NCBI GenBank assembly: GCA_965208575.1
Contig: CBDBOV010000003.1
Location: 1-64,000, forward strand
Reading direction: 5' to 3'
DNA from: Spirochaetia bacterium
GTDB lineage: Bacteria > Spirochaetota > Spirochaetia > SZUA-6 > Bin103
DNA length: 64,000 bases
Shown here one piece after another: positions 45,150 through 55,076 of the stretch. Within the stretch, counting starts at the first letter, position 1, and each line of letters starts with the position of its first letter. Under the pieces are notes generated by a model. The model was given only the letters and a program-made list of their open reading frames with translations, ran no database searches and had not been told where the DNA came from. The translations under genes and the position numbers were made by a program.

Positions 45150-46292
45150 CTAAACTGGGTTGTTGGCCGATAGAGAGGTCAGCGCGACTTCGGTTTCGCA
45201 GCACATGATGTCGCGCTTGAATTGCGACGCGAGCAGCGTGGTCGCGTTCTCGGTGTGGCGGACTCGCCTGTCGTCCGACAGAATCGTTCCGACGGCTGCC
45301 TCGAGATCCGCCGGAGAAGCGGGCGGGATGAGGCAGCCGGTCTCACCGTCTCGGACGAGTTCGCTAGTGCCTCCAGCGTTGGTGGCGACGACGGGGATGC
45401 GTAGCGCAAAGGATTCGAGAACCACATGCGGCAACCCCTCATACGTGGAGTTCAGTACGAAGACATCGGCGGTCGACATCAGCGCAGCGAGGCGGTGCCG
45501 GCTGAGATTGCCATAGAATCGTATCCGGTCAGCGCACCCGAGGTTCGCGGCGAGTGACTCGTAGCGCTGGCGCTGGGGTCCATCTCCGGCTACCGACAGC
45601 AGCCAGTCATGATGCGTGGAGACCACACGAATGAGGTCGTCCACGCCCTTCCAGGGTACCAGACGGCAGGCAGTGACAAGATGTGCGTAGTCGGACGGTA
45701 CTCTATACTCGGCTGGATCGGCGGGTGAGACACGCTCGAACGAGTTGTAGATTACAATCAGCCGGGAGGGATCTATGTGCCAACCCGACACGAGATGCCG
45801 AAGATAGTACGACGGAACGACAATCCGGTCGGCAGTGCGCAGCGGGAGATTCCGGAGGAACTTCAAGAGTGCAAGCTTCGGGTTGTGCTGCGGACGCTGG
45901 AATTGCTCGATGGTCAACGTGGTCATGGCCCGGGTAGTCGCACGCTCCCAGGCCCAATCACCGACTACTTTCGCCGCGAGCGGCTTGCGCATCACCAAGT
46001 TCGCAACGAAGGACTCCAGTGCGAGCCCGTTGACATAGATCAACTCTGCCCAGCTACGTTGTGCGACGAGAACGCGCACGACGGCAGTGAATCTCCAGAG
46101 CAGTGGCAGTGTCCGCGATATACGCGTAACTGCGAACGGGAACCGGTCACGAGTCTCGGGTTCGCCGTCGGCCAGGGTCACGGTACGAACTTCGTGCCCG
46201 GCGGTTACGAGGTGCTCAGCCATGACTGGCACGTAGCTGGCGGGCCCGCCGACGTCAGGGGGGAAGATACCGGTCACTATGAGAATGCGCAC
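45150..46292 (-). CDS. Glycosyltransferase family 4
   Basis: GIFPPDVGGPA, RLVPWKG, STYEGLPHVVLES. Confidence 0.9.
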   Translation of the reverse strand: MRILIVTGIFPPDVGGPASYVPVMAEHLVTAGHEVRTVTLADGEPETRDRFPFAVTRISRTLPLLWRFTAVVRVLVAQRSWAELIYVNGLALESFVANLVMRKPLAAKVVGDWAWERATTRAMTTLTIEQFQRPQHNPKLALLKFLRNLPLRTADRIVVPSYYLRHLVSGWHIDPSRLIVIYNSFERVSPADPAEYRVPSDYAHLVTACRLVPWKGVDDLIRVVSTHHDWLLSVAGDGPQRQRYESLAANLGCADRIRFYGNLSRHRLAALMSTADVFVLNSTYEGLPHVVLESFALRIPVVATNAGGTSELVRDGETGCLIPPASPADLEAAVGTILSDDRRVRHTENATTLLASQFKRDIMCCETEVALTSLSANNPV

Positions 46293-46395
46293 AGTGCCGA
46301 TCCTGCATACGAAGGCGCGCGGCAGCCCAGTAAGCAGCCACTTGTCAGTTCATGCACAAGACATTCCCGCGTTGCGCTGGGAGCCGCAATCCCAT

Positions 46396-47526
46396 TCAGG
46401 TCGCACCGTCCGAAACCGCCCTCATAATCTCGTCCCAAAGGTCTCGGTTCACCTCCTCCGCGTCAAATCGACATACTGCAAGCTGTCGACTTCGCAATCC
46501 CATGGATCTGATCTGCTGATGTTTGCCGATCAGTCGCCTCATCGCGGCTGCAAGCTTTACCGCATCACGAGCAGGCACGATATAACCATTGTGTCGATCG
46601 ATTACGGTCTCACGACAACCCGGCGTATCAGTGGTGATCACCGGTTTGGCCATGGCCATGGCCTCAAGTGTCGACACTGGGGTGCCCTCTCGATACGACG
46701 GCAGCACGAAGACGTCAGCGTCCGCAAGGTACGGACGTACATCCGTGGTGGCGCCCCTATAGCTTACTATGCCTCGATCCTGGTAAGAGCGAAGCGTAGC
46801 AGGATCGATGGCCGACGGGTGATCGTCGAACGGTCCGACCAAGACCGCTTCAGCCGGATGTCCCTCCTGCTTGAGGATAGCCGCGGCTTCGAGATACTCC
46901 AACACTCCCTTGTGTTTCAGCAATCGAGCGATCATCAGGAAGGTGGTCGTGTCCTTGGCCTTGCGGGCGGGCGCCGGTACGAAGTGCCGCGTGTCGACAC
47001 CACTGCCGTAGACCCGGAAGGTGCGGGACCGAGGCAGGATACCCATGCGTACAAACATATCCTGGTCGTCCGGATTCTGAAAGAACACCATTACGTTTTT
47101 ACTTAGAGCGAAGCGCAGTGCGAGATGTAGTACAGGTCTGATAATCGCCATCATCCGACCATCATCGGTAAACAGGAAGCCAAGCCCGGTGATCACGCTG
47201 AACACGCTGCTAGTCCGCGTGGAGCGCGCCGCTATGGAGCTGTAGATTACGACCTTTGGTGTAAAGTTCAAAATGATGTCAGGTCGCAGATTTGCCAGTC
47301 GCCGCCGCAGCCGGCCGATGGCTAGCACTTCCCGAATCGGATTCGCACCGCTTCGGGAAACAGGCCAGTCAACCAACGACACGTTCATACGTCGCAGGTC
47401 GGAAGCCGCGGAGTCGAGCGCACACACGACAGAGATGCTATGTCCGCAGCCCTGCAGAAACCGAATCAGATTAGACCGAAGCGTGCTCACGCCGGACGCG
47501 CTATTCATGATTATAGCGATGTGCAC
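46396..47526 (-). CDS. Glycosyltransferase family 4 (CapM/PglA-like)
   Basis: FQNPDD, GSGVD, ARLL.HKG..EY, PSYREG.P...LEAMAM.KPVITTD.PGC. Confidence 0.9.
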   Translation of the reverse strand: MHIAIIMNSASGVSTLRSNLIRFLQGCGHSISVVCALDSAASDLRRMNVSLVDWPVSRSGANPIREVLAIGRLRRRLANLRPDIILNFTPKVVIYSSIAARSTRTSSVFSVITGLGFLFTDDGRMMAIIRPVLHLALRFALSKNVMVFFQNPDDQDMFVRMGILPRSRTFRVYGSGVDTRHFVPAPARKAKDTTTFLMIARLLKHKGVLEYLEAAAILKQEGHPAEAVLVGPFDDHPSAIDPATLRSYQDRGIVSYRGATTDVRPYLADADVFVLPSYREGTPVSTLEAMAMAKPVITTDTPGCRETVIDRHNGYIVPARDAVKLAAAMRRLIGKHQQIRSMGLRSRQLAVCRFDAEEVNRDLWDEIMRAVSDGAT

Positions 47527-47716
47527 GGAAGCAGCTGCTCCTTCAATGTTTGCCGTCTATCCTTGAGATCGAGATCCAATAGAGGTCGCCACTTGCGCAT
47601 ATGAGGAACCGAGGTGGTAATGCGTTGATCGCAGACCACCACTATATCACTACTGCATCGACCTGGCAATAAACAAAGCATTGAGTCTCGCAGGAGACGA
47701 GAACGCGCGGGCTCTA

Positions 47717-49099
47717 CTAGGTCACATTGTCCACCGTGGCAGCCCTGCGACTGTACGACCCGCCGGCCAGATCAGTCCGAATGCGGTTCAGCTTGGCGGT
47801 TTGCTTCGGATCGGTGATCAAGTTCCGCCAATACTCAAAAAAGAATGCAAGAAGTGTCGACAGTCCGAACACGATTACTGTCCCGATCTGGCAGATCCGT
47901 GAACGGCTTGGCCTAAGTTTGGTAGTGGGGATCTCCGCAGGCTCGATGATGGTGAACGCAGGGATGGTCGCCCGTGCGTTGATCGCTTGTGCATGTTCGC
48001 TGCGTAGCCAGTCGTGGATTCTCAAGTGAAAGTCCAGGTCCCGACGTAATTCGCGGTAGCGAGCGAGCATCCCCGGGAACTCACTCTCTGGAATTGTCAC
48101 AGCCGAGAACTCGTTGAAACCTGCGTGAAGCTCATCCACTGCTCGACGTAAGATATCGGTTTCGCTCTCCAGCGTTACGATCGTCGGATCGCTTTCCGGA
48201 AATGTGCCGCGTAGAGAGCGTAACTGCAATTCGTTAGAGAGTACCCGTTCCCTGAAACTCGAAGCTAGATTCGTGGCCAAGGCTCGTTGTTCACCGGGGT
48301 GGATGAACCCGCTTGTTACTTGGAATGCTTGCAGGCGCGTCTGTGCAACTCTTTGAACGTCAGCAACTATCCGCAACCGGTCTTCGATGTGTCGTCTTCT
48401 TTCTTTTTGTGGTTCCTCGAATACTGTGCGGAGACGTTCACCAAGAAGTACAAGAGCACGCTCTAGCACCGCGGCCGAGAGTTGCGCGGATGTTGACTCG
48501 TATGAAATCGTCATTACGGAAGAGCTCTCATCGAATCGACTCCGTAGCGAATCGTTGAGCATTTGACGAGCGCGAGCCCTGTCGTTCACCCCCGAGGGGC
48601 CGATGAAGCCAAAATCGTCGATGATCTGGTCTTGAATCGTACGTCCCGCGAGCAGCTCAGTCGCCAATGCTGCGGTCCTCTTGACGCTCCTCGAAGTCAC
48701 CGTCCTCGCAGAGGGTCTCACTCGAGATCCGAAAGGAGTCCTGTCGGAAGCCAGCGAATATTGGCGCGAATCAGGGTAATCCAATAGCAAGACGCTAGCC
48801 TCGGATCGGTAAATGTTGGGTAGCAGATTCCAAGGGCTCGAGCTGGGAAGATAGAGAGTTAGAAGCGCGTACGAAAAGATCAATACAGCTCCGATGGTGG
48901 TGCTGGCGACGACGAATCGAAATCGTTCGAATGGGACTCGCAGTAGGTCGTACAGCGAAATGGAGTCATCGGGTACCGTATCACCGCCGACCGGCTGACC
49001 GAGTTCATGGACGCGTTGGTCATCCATACGCTGCTGGCTGGTCGTTAGGTGGTCGAACTCACGTTGGAACTCGTCGCGTGAGCGCCGCGTACTCGCCAC
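47717..49099 (-). CDS. Polysaccharide co-polymerase / chain-length determinant (Wzz/GumC-like)
   Basis: ISLYDLL, two TM segments flanking a coiled coil, IIEPAEIP..K.RPSR. Confidence 0.8.
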   Translation of the reverse strand: MASTRRSRDEFQREFDHLTTSQQRMDDQRVHELGQPVGGDTVPDDSISLYDLLRVPFERFRFVVASTTIGAVLIFSYALLTLYLPSSSPWNLLPNIYRSEASVLLLDYPDSRQYSLASDRTPFGSRVRPSARTVTSRSVKRTAALATELLAGRTIQDQIIDDFGFIGPSGVNDRARARQMLNDSLRSRFDESSSVMTISYESTSAQLSAAVLERALVLLGERLRTVFEEPQKERRRHIEDRLRIVADVQRVAQTRLQAFQVTSGFIHPGEQRALATNLASSFRERVLSNELQLRSLRGTFPESDPTIVTLESETDILRRAVDELHAGFNEFSAVTIPESEFPGMLARYRELRRDLDFHLRIHDWLRSEHAQAINARATIPAFTIIEPAEIPTTKLRPSRSRICQIGTVIVFGLSTLLAFFFEYWRNLITDPKQTAKLNRIRTDLAGGSYSRRAATVDNVT

Positions 49100-49157
49100 C
49101 GTCTCAGCTCCAATCTCCGGTGGTCGCGCCTAAACCGGACGACGTACGTTCGCCCGG

Positions 49158-50267
49158 CTACTTGGTGGGCTGGCTGTCTGGACGAACGGCGACCGGGGGA
49201 CAACTGGCACCCTGGTACTGAGGGTCGCCATCGGGGATATTGCGGAGATACCAGGCAACGAATCGGTCTACGCCCTCGGTAAGCGAGGTGTGGACCTTGT
49301 GTCCGATTTCTTCTTGCAGCGCGGTGGTGTCGGCCCAGGTGCGGGGGACGTCGCCGGGTTGGATGGGGACTTGACGGGTTACGGCTTTCTTGCCCAAGGC
49401 GTTTTCGAGGGCGGCTACCAGGTCGAGGACCGAGACGGGGTCGCCGTTGCCGATGTTGTAGACGCGGGCAGGGGCCGGGGAGACGGCGGACTGGCGGCCG
49501 TCCCAGTCGGCGGCGCCTTGGGGCCGATGGTCGATCACGCGGTGGATGGCTTCGACGACATCGTCGATGTAGGTGAAGTCGCGTTCCATGTCACCGTGGT
49601 TGTAGAGGTCGATCGGGTCGCCGTTCATAATGGCGCGGGTGAAGGAGAACAGCGCCATGTCGGGGCGGCCCCAGGGGCCGTATACGGTGAAGAAGCGCAG
49701 GCCGGTTGACGGGATGCCGAACAGGTGCGAGTAGCTGTGCGCCATCAACTCGTTGGCGCGCTTGGTGGCGGCGTACAGGCTGACGGGATGGTCGGCGGCG
49801 GTGGACTCGGTGAACGGAACGTGGCGGTCGAGGCCGTACACCGAGCTGGACGAGGCGTAGACCAGGTGTCGCACCGGGGTCTTGCGGCACGCTTCGAGCA
49901 CGCTCAGGAAGCCGTGCACGTTGTTCGAGGTGTAGGCGAACGGGTCGCTGAGCGAGTAGCGGACGCCGGCTTGCGCGGCCAGATGGCATACCACGTCGAA
50001 GCGTTGTTCCGCGCACAGGGCCGCAACTGCGTCGGCGTCCGCAAGGTCGAGGCGTCGGAAGCGCAGTCCCGACTCGGCGGTGAAGGTTTCGGGACCGCAT
50101 GTCTCGTTGCAGACGATTCCGAGTTCATGCAAGCGGTCCAGCTTGAGCTGGACGTCGTAGTAGCGGTTGAGGTTGTCGATCCCAAACACGCGGTGGCCCA
50201 ACTCGACCATGCGGCGTGCGAGGTGGAAGCCGATGAAACCGGCAATTCCGGTAATGAGAATCTTCAC
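49158..50267 (-). CDS. UDP-glucuronate 4-epimerase (WbnF/CapI-like)
   Basis: HLAAQAGVRYS, SLYAATK, RFFTVYGPWGRPDMA, RDFTYIDD, QPGDV. Confidence 0.92.
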   Translation of the reverse strand: MKILITGIAGFIGFHLARRMVELGHRVFGIDNLNRYYDVQLKLDRLHELGIVCNETCGPETFTAESGLRFRRLDLADADAVAALCAEQRFDVVCHLAAQAGVRYSLSDPFAYTSNNVHGFLSVLEACRKTPVRHLVYASSSSVYGLDRHVPFTESTAADHPVSLYAATKRANELMAHSYSHLFGIPSTGLRFFTVYGPWGRPDMALFSFTRAIMNGDPIDLYNHGDMERDFTYIDDVVEAIHRVIDHRPQGAADWDGRQSAVSPAPARVYNIGNGDPVSVLDLVAALENALGKKAVTRQVPIQPGDVPRTWADTTALQEEIGHKVHTSLTEGVDRFVAWYLRNIPDGDPQYQGASCPPVAVRPDSQPTK

Positions 50268-50296
50268 AGATCGCATTATGAGCCCTCAGGCGCTTA

Positions 50297-51735
50297 GGGG
50301 CAACAGGGCAGGGGGGGTGCGAACGCCGAAAGCGGTAGCAAATCATTGACTCTGAGGCGGAAAAAAGGTCTACCTACCCCACGACACCACACCATGGGGA
50401 GGTAGACCATGAATACGGAAGGACTTATAACGGCCGCCGAGGGCCTTGTCAAGGAGTTGCAAGGGCGCATCAACGGCGGCCGGATGGATCTCCAGGAGGC
50501 GGAAGCCAAGATCCTTGAGATGGTGAACTGGATCGGCGACGAGATGGTGCAGGAAGTGGTAGCCGGACTCGCGGAGCCGACATCCGCCAACCAGATCACG
50601 GTTGGCGGTGAGGTGGCAGTGTTCGAGCGGGTGCGTAACCTGCGGTTCATCAACCGCTTCGGCGAAGAAGTGGTGCACCCGCGGCGCTGCTACCGGTACC
50701 GGCACCGGAGCGGAGGCGTGGCGCCGCTGGATGTGAAGCTGGGGATCGACGGGTGCTTCGGATTCTCACCGCTGATGACGTACCTGATCTGCATGCTGGG
50801 CGCGGATGAGTCGTATGCCGGTGCAGCGGCAAAACTGGAGGCGATGCTCGGGTTCAAGGTGAGCTCGACGGCGGTGCAGCGCACTACCGAGAAGACGGGA
50901 GAGCGGATACCCGATACCCCCGACGATCTAATTGATGAGCAGCGTCAGCGGCAGCCATGTTCCCTGATGGTGGTCGAGGTAGACGGAACGACGAGCCCGC
51001 AGATCACGGAGCAGGAAGGGATTACTGGTCTTGCCAGCCTCCGGGCGCCGACCTGTTACAAGGAGTGCAACCTGATAGTCATCGAGAAGCACGATGATGG
51101 CAAGGTGATCGACCGCTGGACCGGAGGACGCTATGGACCACGCGGTGAGTTTGCCGGCTACGCCGAGCAGGCTGGACTGCGAATGGGCTTCCTGGACGCT
51201 CCACGAACGCTGTTCCTCGGTGATGGTGCACACCACAACTGGGAACTGCAGCAGACCCACTTCCCCGGCGCGATACCGATCCTGGACTACTACCACGCGG
51301 CTGAGCACCTCGCCGATTACTGCAAGCTGCTGTCTGCTACGCTACGCGATGCCGTCGAGCGCAGCTTGTCCACGATGATGTGGGAAGGCGAGGTGCTGCA
51401 GATGATCCACGAGATGAAGCGTTCACTGTCGAAGGTCACCGATACTGACGAAGCGTGGAAGCAGATCAACTACTTCACGAACAACCAGGACCGTATGGAC
51501 TATGCCCGTTACCGCGATCTCGGGTGGCCGATCGGCAGTGGCTTGGTCGAAGGGCAGTGCAAATTGGTTGTCGGTCGACGCTTCAAGGGCAACGGGATGA
51601 GATGGCGACCGCACGACAACCGCTGCGTGCTACGCACCCGTCTGGCTCTGCTCAACGGCGACCTCAAGCGCTATTTCAGTCCTCCTGACGACTGCGAGAT
51701 CAAAGCGGCCTGATCGTGTCAACCCCTGTTACCGC
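50297..51735 (+). mobile_element. ISKra4/ISLre2-like insertion sequence
   Basis: Imperfect terminal IRs GGGGCAACAGGG (50297) and CCCTGTTACCGC (51724-51735) around the transposase; no target duplication seen. Confidence 0.65.
50409..51713 (+). CDS. Transposase, UPF0236/ISKra4-like
   Basis: EVDG, LGDGA..NW, LDYYHA.EHL, YF.NN..RMDY, IGSGLVEGQCK..V..R.K..GMRW. Confidence 0.88.
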   Translation: MNTEGLITAAEGLVKELQGRINGGRMDLQEAEAKILEMVNWIGDEMVQEVVAGLAEPTSANQITVGGEVAVFERVRNLRFINRFGEEVVHPRRCYRYRHRSGGVAPLDVKLGIDGCFGFSPLMTYLICMLGADESYAGAAAKLEAMLGFKVSSTAVQRTTEKTGERIPDTPDDLIDEQRQRQPCSLMVVEVDGTTSPQITEQEGITGLASLRAPTCYKECNLIVIEKHDDGKVIDRWTGGRYGPRGEFAGYAEQAGLRMGFLDAPRTLFLGDGAHHNWELQQTHFPGAIPILDYYHAAEHLADYCKLLSATLRDAVERSLSTMMWEGEVLQMIHEMKRSLSKVTDTDEAWKQINYFTNNQDRMDYARYRDLGWPIGSGLVEGQCKLVVGRRFKGNGMRWRPHDNRCVLRTRLALLNGDLKRYFSPPDDCEIKAA

Positions 51736-51824
51736 TTTTGGCATTGGCACCCGGCAGGGGACTCGTCAGTCGCCTACTCGCTCGCTCGTACACGGTGATC
51801 AATCATTTCCTCACTATCGCTTGC

Positions 51825-51953
51825 TCAGATCGACCGGAGTCGCAAAGCGAGGGGCAGCAACCGGCTGGCTCGAAGCCGGCACCGTCGCCGGTCAACTTGT
51901 CGTGCACTGATGAATATGTTGGAGTCGTCCCAATAGATGAAAACCTTGTCCAT
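51825..51953 (-). pseudogene. Collapsed NYN (PIN-like ribonuclease) gene remnant (not in the ORF track)
   Basis: MDKVFIYWDDSNIFISARQV joined out of frame to LTGDGAGFE, the N- and C-terminal acidic motifs of NYN domains. Confidence 0.62.
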
Positions 51954-51980
51954 TTCGAGTTCGGATCACTGCCTCAAGTG

Positions 51981-54028
51981 TCAGCGGTCGAACCAGAGTT
52001 GGTCGGCCCAGTACATCAGGTTGCCTTTCCAGTCGGTGTTGGAGACCGGGAACTCGGTGGGCACGTTGCGCAGGTCGTTGTTGGTGAGCAGGACGGCCGG
52101 GGCTTCGCCGACGGTGCCGATCACGAACACGTTGTTGCCGGTGAATTCGAACATCTGCTGGGCCAGCTCGAACCACTCGTCGGAGCCGAACTCGGACAGC
52201 CTCAACTGGCGCCGCCAGTCCGGAACTGGCGCTGCCAGTCGAAGTAGCGCTTCCATTCCGCGGGCGGCTCGGTGCCCGGCAGCTCGCCGCCGTAGTCGGA
52301 CAGCTTGCGTTCGCCGCGCTCGATCAGCCGGCGCGCCTGCTCCCACTCGTCGTAGCTGCCGGTCATGTTGAAGTCGCCGTGCAGGCCGACGCCGCCGGAG
52401 CCGGGACCGTCGTTGATCCAGTTCCAGAACTCGGTGATGGCGTCGATGCCGCCCGGCTGCAGCATGAACTCGTCGGCGGCGATGTTCTCGCCCCAGGCGG
52501 CGTCGTCCACCAGCCGCGGCACCACGCGCAGGTCGACCTCCGCCCACTGCGCGATCTCCAACTCGAACAGCTTGCTGATGTCCACCGGGCCGCCGGTGCG
52601 CGCGGCGACCTGGATGGTCAGGTTGGAGCCGTCCGGGAAGGTGCGGAAGCCGTCGCGGTCGCGCCCGCTCAGGCCCACTTCGTCGAGCAGGCTGCCCGCC
52701 TGCTCGGGGTCGTGCTCGGCCCACAGCCACTGCCACTCCGGTTTGTAGAAGCGCGCGGTGGAGTGGATGGTGGCCGCGGTGGGCCGGCCAAGCCCCAGGA
52801 AGTACACCTCGTTCAACTCGTCGCGGTCCAGGGCCAGCGACATGGCGCGGCGGAAGCGCACGTCGTTGAACAGCGCGCGGTAGTTCTCCTCCTTGTAGGT
52901 GGGGTTGAACCCGAACGCGCGGCCCACGTCGACGCCGGGAATCAGCGAGATGGTGTAGTTGCCGCGCTCCTCGTTCTCCTTGTAGTCGGGCAGGGAGGCG
53001 AAGTTGGTCATGGTAATCGCCCAGTCCACCTCGCCGGCGATCGCCTTCAGGTTGAACACCTCGGTGTCGGCGCTCGGGGTGGTGAGGATGCCGTCGATGT
53101 AGGGCAGTTGCTGGCCCTCGGGATCGACCTTCCAGAAGTAGGGATTGCGCTCCCAGCGCTCGACCTGGGCGCTGATCTCCTTCGCGATCCACGGCATCAT
53201 GGTGGGAGTCTCCAGGCCGACGCCGCGGATAATGTCCCAGTGCGCCACCAGCGCCTCGGCCCAGGTGTCGTAGCCCTCCTCCTCGGCCAGCTTCTGGGCG
53301 TCCTCGTTGTAGCGGATGTGCCACTTCTTGAGATAGTTGCTCGGCGCGTACTGCACGTAGTTGCCGCCCTTCCAGGTAGTCCAGCCGGGAATGACCACGT
53401 AGTCGATCTGCGACATGTGGAACTGCATGGCGTGGTCGTCGATCTTGGTGATGCTGACCGCGGTGGTGGGCGTCTCGCCGGCGCGCCAGCCGGGGTCGAC
53501 GCGGTCGTCCCACTTCATGTCTTCCATCACGAACATCAGGTCGTCGACGATGAACGGGTCGCCGTTGGACCACCTGGTGCCGGGGCGCAACTCCAGGGTG
53601 ACGGTGAGTCCGTCGTCCGAAACCGCGTAACCGGCGGCGATGTTGGGCACGATCTCCAGCGTCTCCTGGTGCATGGTCAGCAGGTAGATGTCGAGCATCT
53701 GGGTGGTCATTTCGCCGCCGCGCTGGTTCATGAAGCCGACCGCCTCCGATACCCGCAGCGTGCCCCCGTACCTGCCGACGCCGTCGGCGAGCATCTCCTG
53801 CACCACCGGATCGAACGGGATGCGCTCCTCGACCGGCGGCAACTCGCCCGCGGCAACCCGCGCCGCCAGCATCGGCGCCTCGCTGAACCGCCCGCTCATC
53901 GCCGCGCCGGCCCCGGCGGAAGCGCCCTGCTCCGCCTCGCCGGTAGCGAACGCCGCCACCGGCAACGCCAGCAGCAGGACGCCCGCCGCCAGCCACCGCC
54001 ACGTCATTGCAATCTTCGCCACAGACAT
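51981..54028 (-). pseudogene. ABC transporter substrate-binding protein family 5, copy 1, frameshifted by a 20-bp duplication (premature stop at 52202)
   Basis: EAPMLA..V..GELPPVEER.P, G.YGGTL, LR.G..WS.G.PF, ERNPYFWKVD..G.QLPYID; tail continues intact in the shifted frame to 51981. Confidence 0.88.
52201..52240. repeat. Imperfect 20-bp tandem duplication with palindromic core
   Basis: CTCAACTGGCGCCGCCAGTC CGGAACTGGCGCTGCCAGTC; copy 3 has only the second unit. Confidence 0.93.
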
Positions 54029-54040
54029 GCTCCGCGCCCA

Positions 54041-54068
54041 ATTGTATCAAACTTGGGCCGACGGTCAA
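54041..54068 (-). promoter_or_regulatory. Sigma70 promoter of SBP copy 1
   Basis: TTGACC-16-TACAAT with extended -10 TG; same boxes upstream of copy 2. Confidence 0.7.
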
Positions 54069-54253
54069 CGGCTACAACGCTGCCACCCGCTACGGCGCCG
54101 CAACCGGAGTAGGGAGCAAGCGCCAGCGCCAACAGCGGTACGCCGACTGCGCCGCCGTTGGTTGACATAACGGAGCAAGTTCGTGTCATTGTATCATGGT
54201 TGGCCGGTCGTCGAGCCGCACCACCAAACAGCGGCCGTCGCGGAGGTATCCTG

Positions 54254-54598
54254 GTGCAGAACGGAACCGCAGTGCCGGTTCAGGACGACGAAGGACTGAA
54301 ACAGATAGCGACAATCGCCCGGGAGGGCCTGGAGCAGTACAAGGTTCGGTTCAAGTTTCAGGTAGTGGTGGACCGCGAGTCGAACGACTACGGTGACAGC
54401 GACGGCGAACCGTACTTGGATATCGCTATCATATGTGATGTCAATAACGTCGACGAATTAGGAGCATCTGATCTGGTTGGTTACTTGATGACGCTGCGAG
54501 ATAAGCTGGTCGAGATCGGCGTGGAGGAGTTTCCGGTGCCGTCATTCTTTTTGAAATCAGAGTGGGAGGGGCTGAACAAGCACAGTGGATCCCCATAA
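54254..54598 (+). CDS. Small acidic protein, probable divergent MNT-like antitoxin
   Basis: GGAGG RBS; D.DGEPYLDIAII...FPVPSFF..SEW; overlaps the HEPN gene. Confidence 0.6.
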   Translation: MQNGTAVPVQDDEGLKQIATIAREGLEQYKVRFKFQVVVDRESNDYGDSDGEPYLDIAIICDVNNVDELGASDLVGYLMTLRDKLVEIGVEEFPVPSFFLKSEWEGLNKHSGSP

Positions 54599-55043
54599 GC
54601 TCTTGGCGGCGGCACGGGACCTCGTTCACTCGGGTATACAGGGCAACAGAGTAACTGATGAGTACCTTCGGCGATCTGTCAGCACGATCTACTATGCGCT
54701 ATTCCAGTGTTTGTCGAGATCCAATGCCGATGCGTTGGTTGGCGGCCCAAGGGCGCGGCGTGATCAGGAAGAGTGGGATTTGGCTTACCGTGCGATGGAT
54801 CACAGGAAGGCACTCAATCGTTGCCGCAGAAATGACGAGGTGAAGAGGTTCCCAGTAGAGATTCAGAGGTTTGCCAACCTGTTCTGTATAGCACAGGAAC
54901 AGAGGATCAAGGCGGACTATGATCCGCACGCAAGGTTTTCAGGCGGTTCGGTTCTGGTCGCGATAACATTCGCCACCATTATCATACAAAGATTCCGCGC
55001 GCTGCCGCGTCATAGTCGACGGGCGTTCGCGATTTATTGCTGA
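54585..55043 (+). CDS. HEPN-domain protein
   Basis: LRRSVSTIYYALF, AYRAMDH, QEQRIKADYDP. Confidence 0.8.
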   Translation: MDPHKLLAAARDLVHSGIQGNRVTDEYLRRSVSTIYYALFQCLSRSNADALVGGPRARRDQEEWDLAYRAMDHRKALNRCRRNDEVKRFPVEIQRFANLFCIAQEQRIKADYDPHARFSGGSVLVAITFATIIIQRFRALPRHSRRAFAIYC

Positions 55044-55076
55044 TCGACAAGAGGCGGGGATAGCGGCGTCCCTCTG

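Noticed and set aside
54162-54197. TTGACA...TATCAT promoter for the MNT-like/HEPN pair
   Set aside because: The spacing between the hexamers is about 24 bp, too long for one sigma70 promoter.
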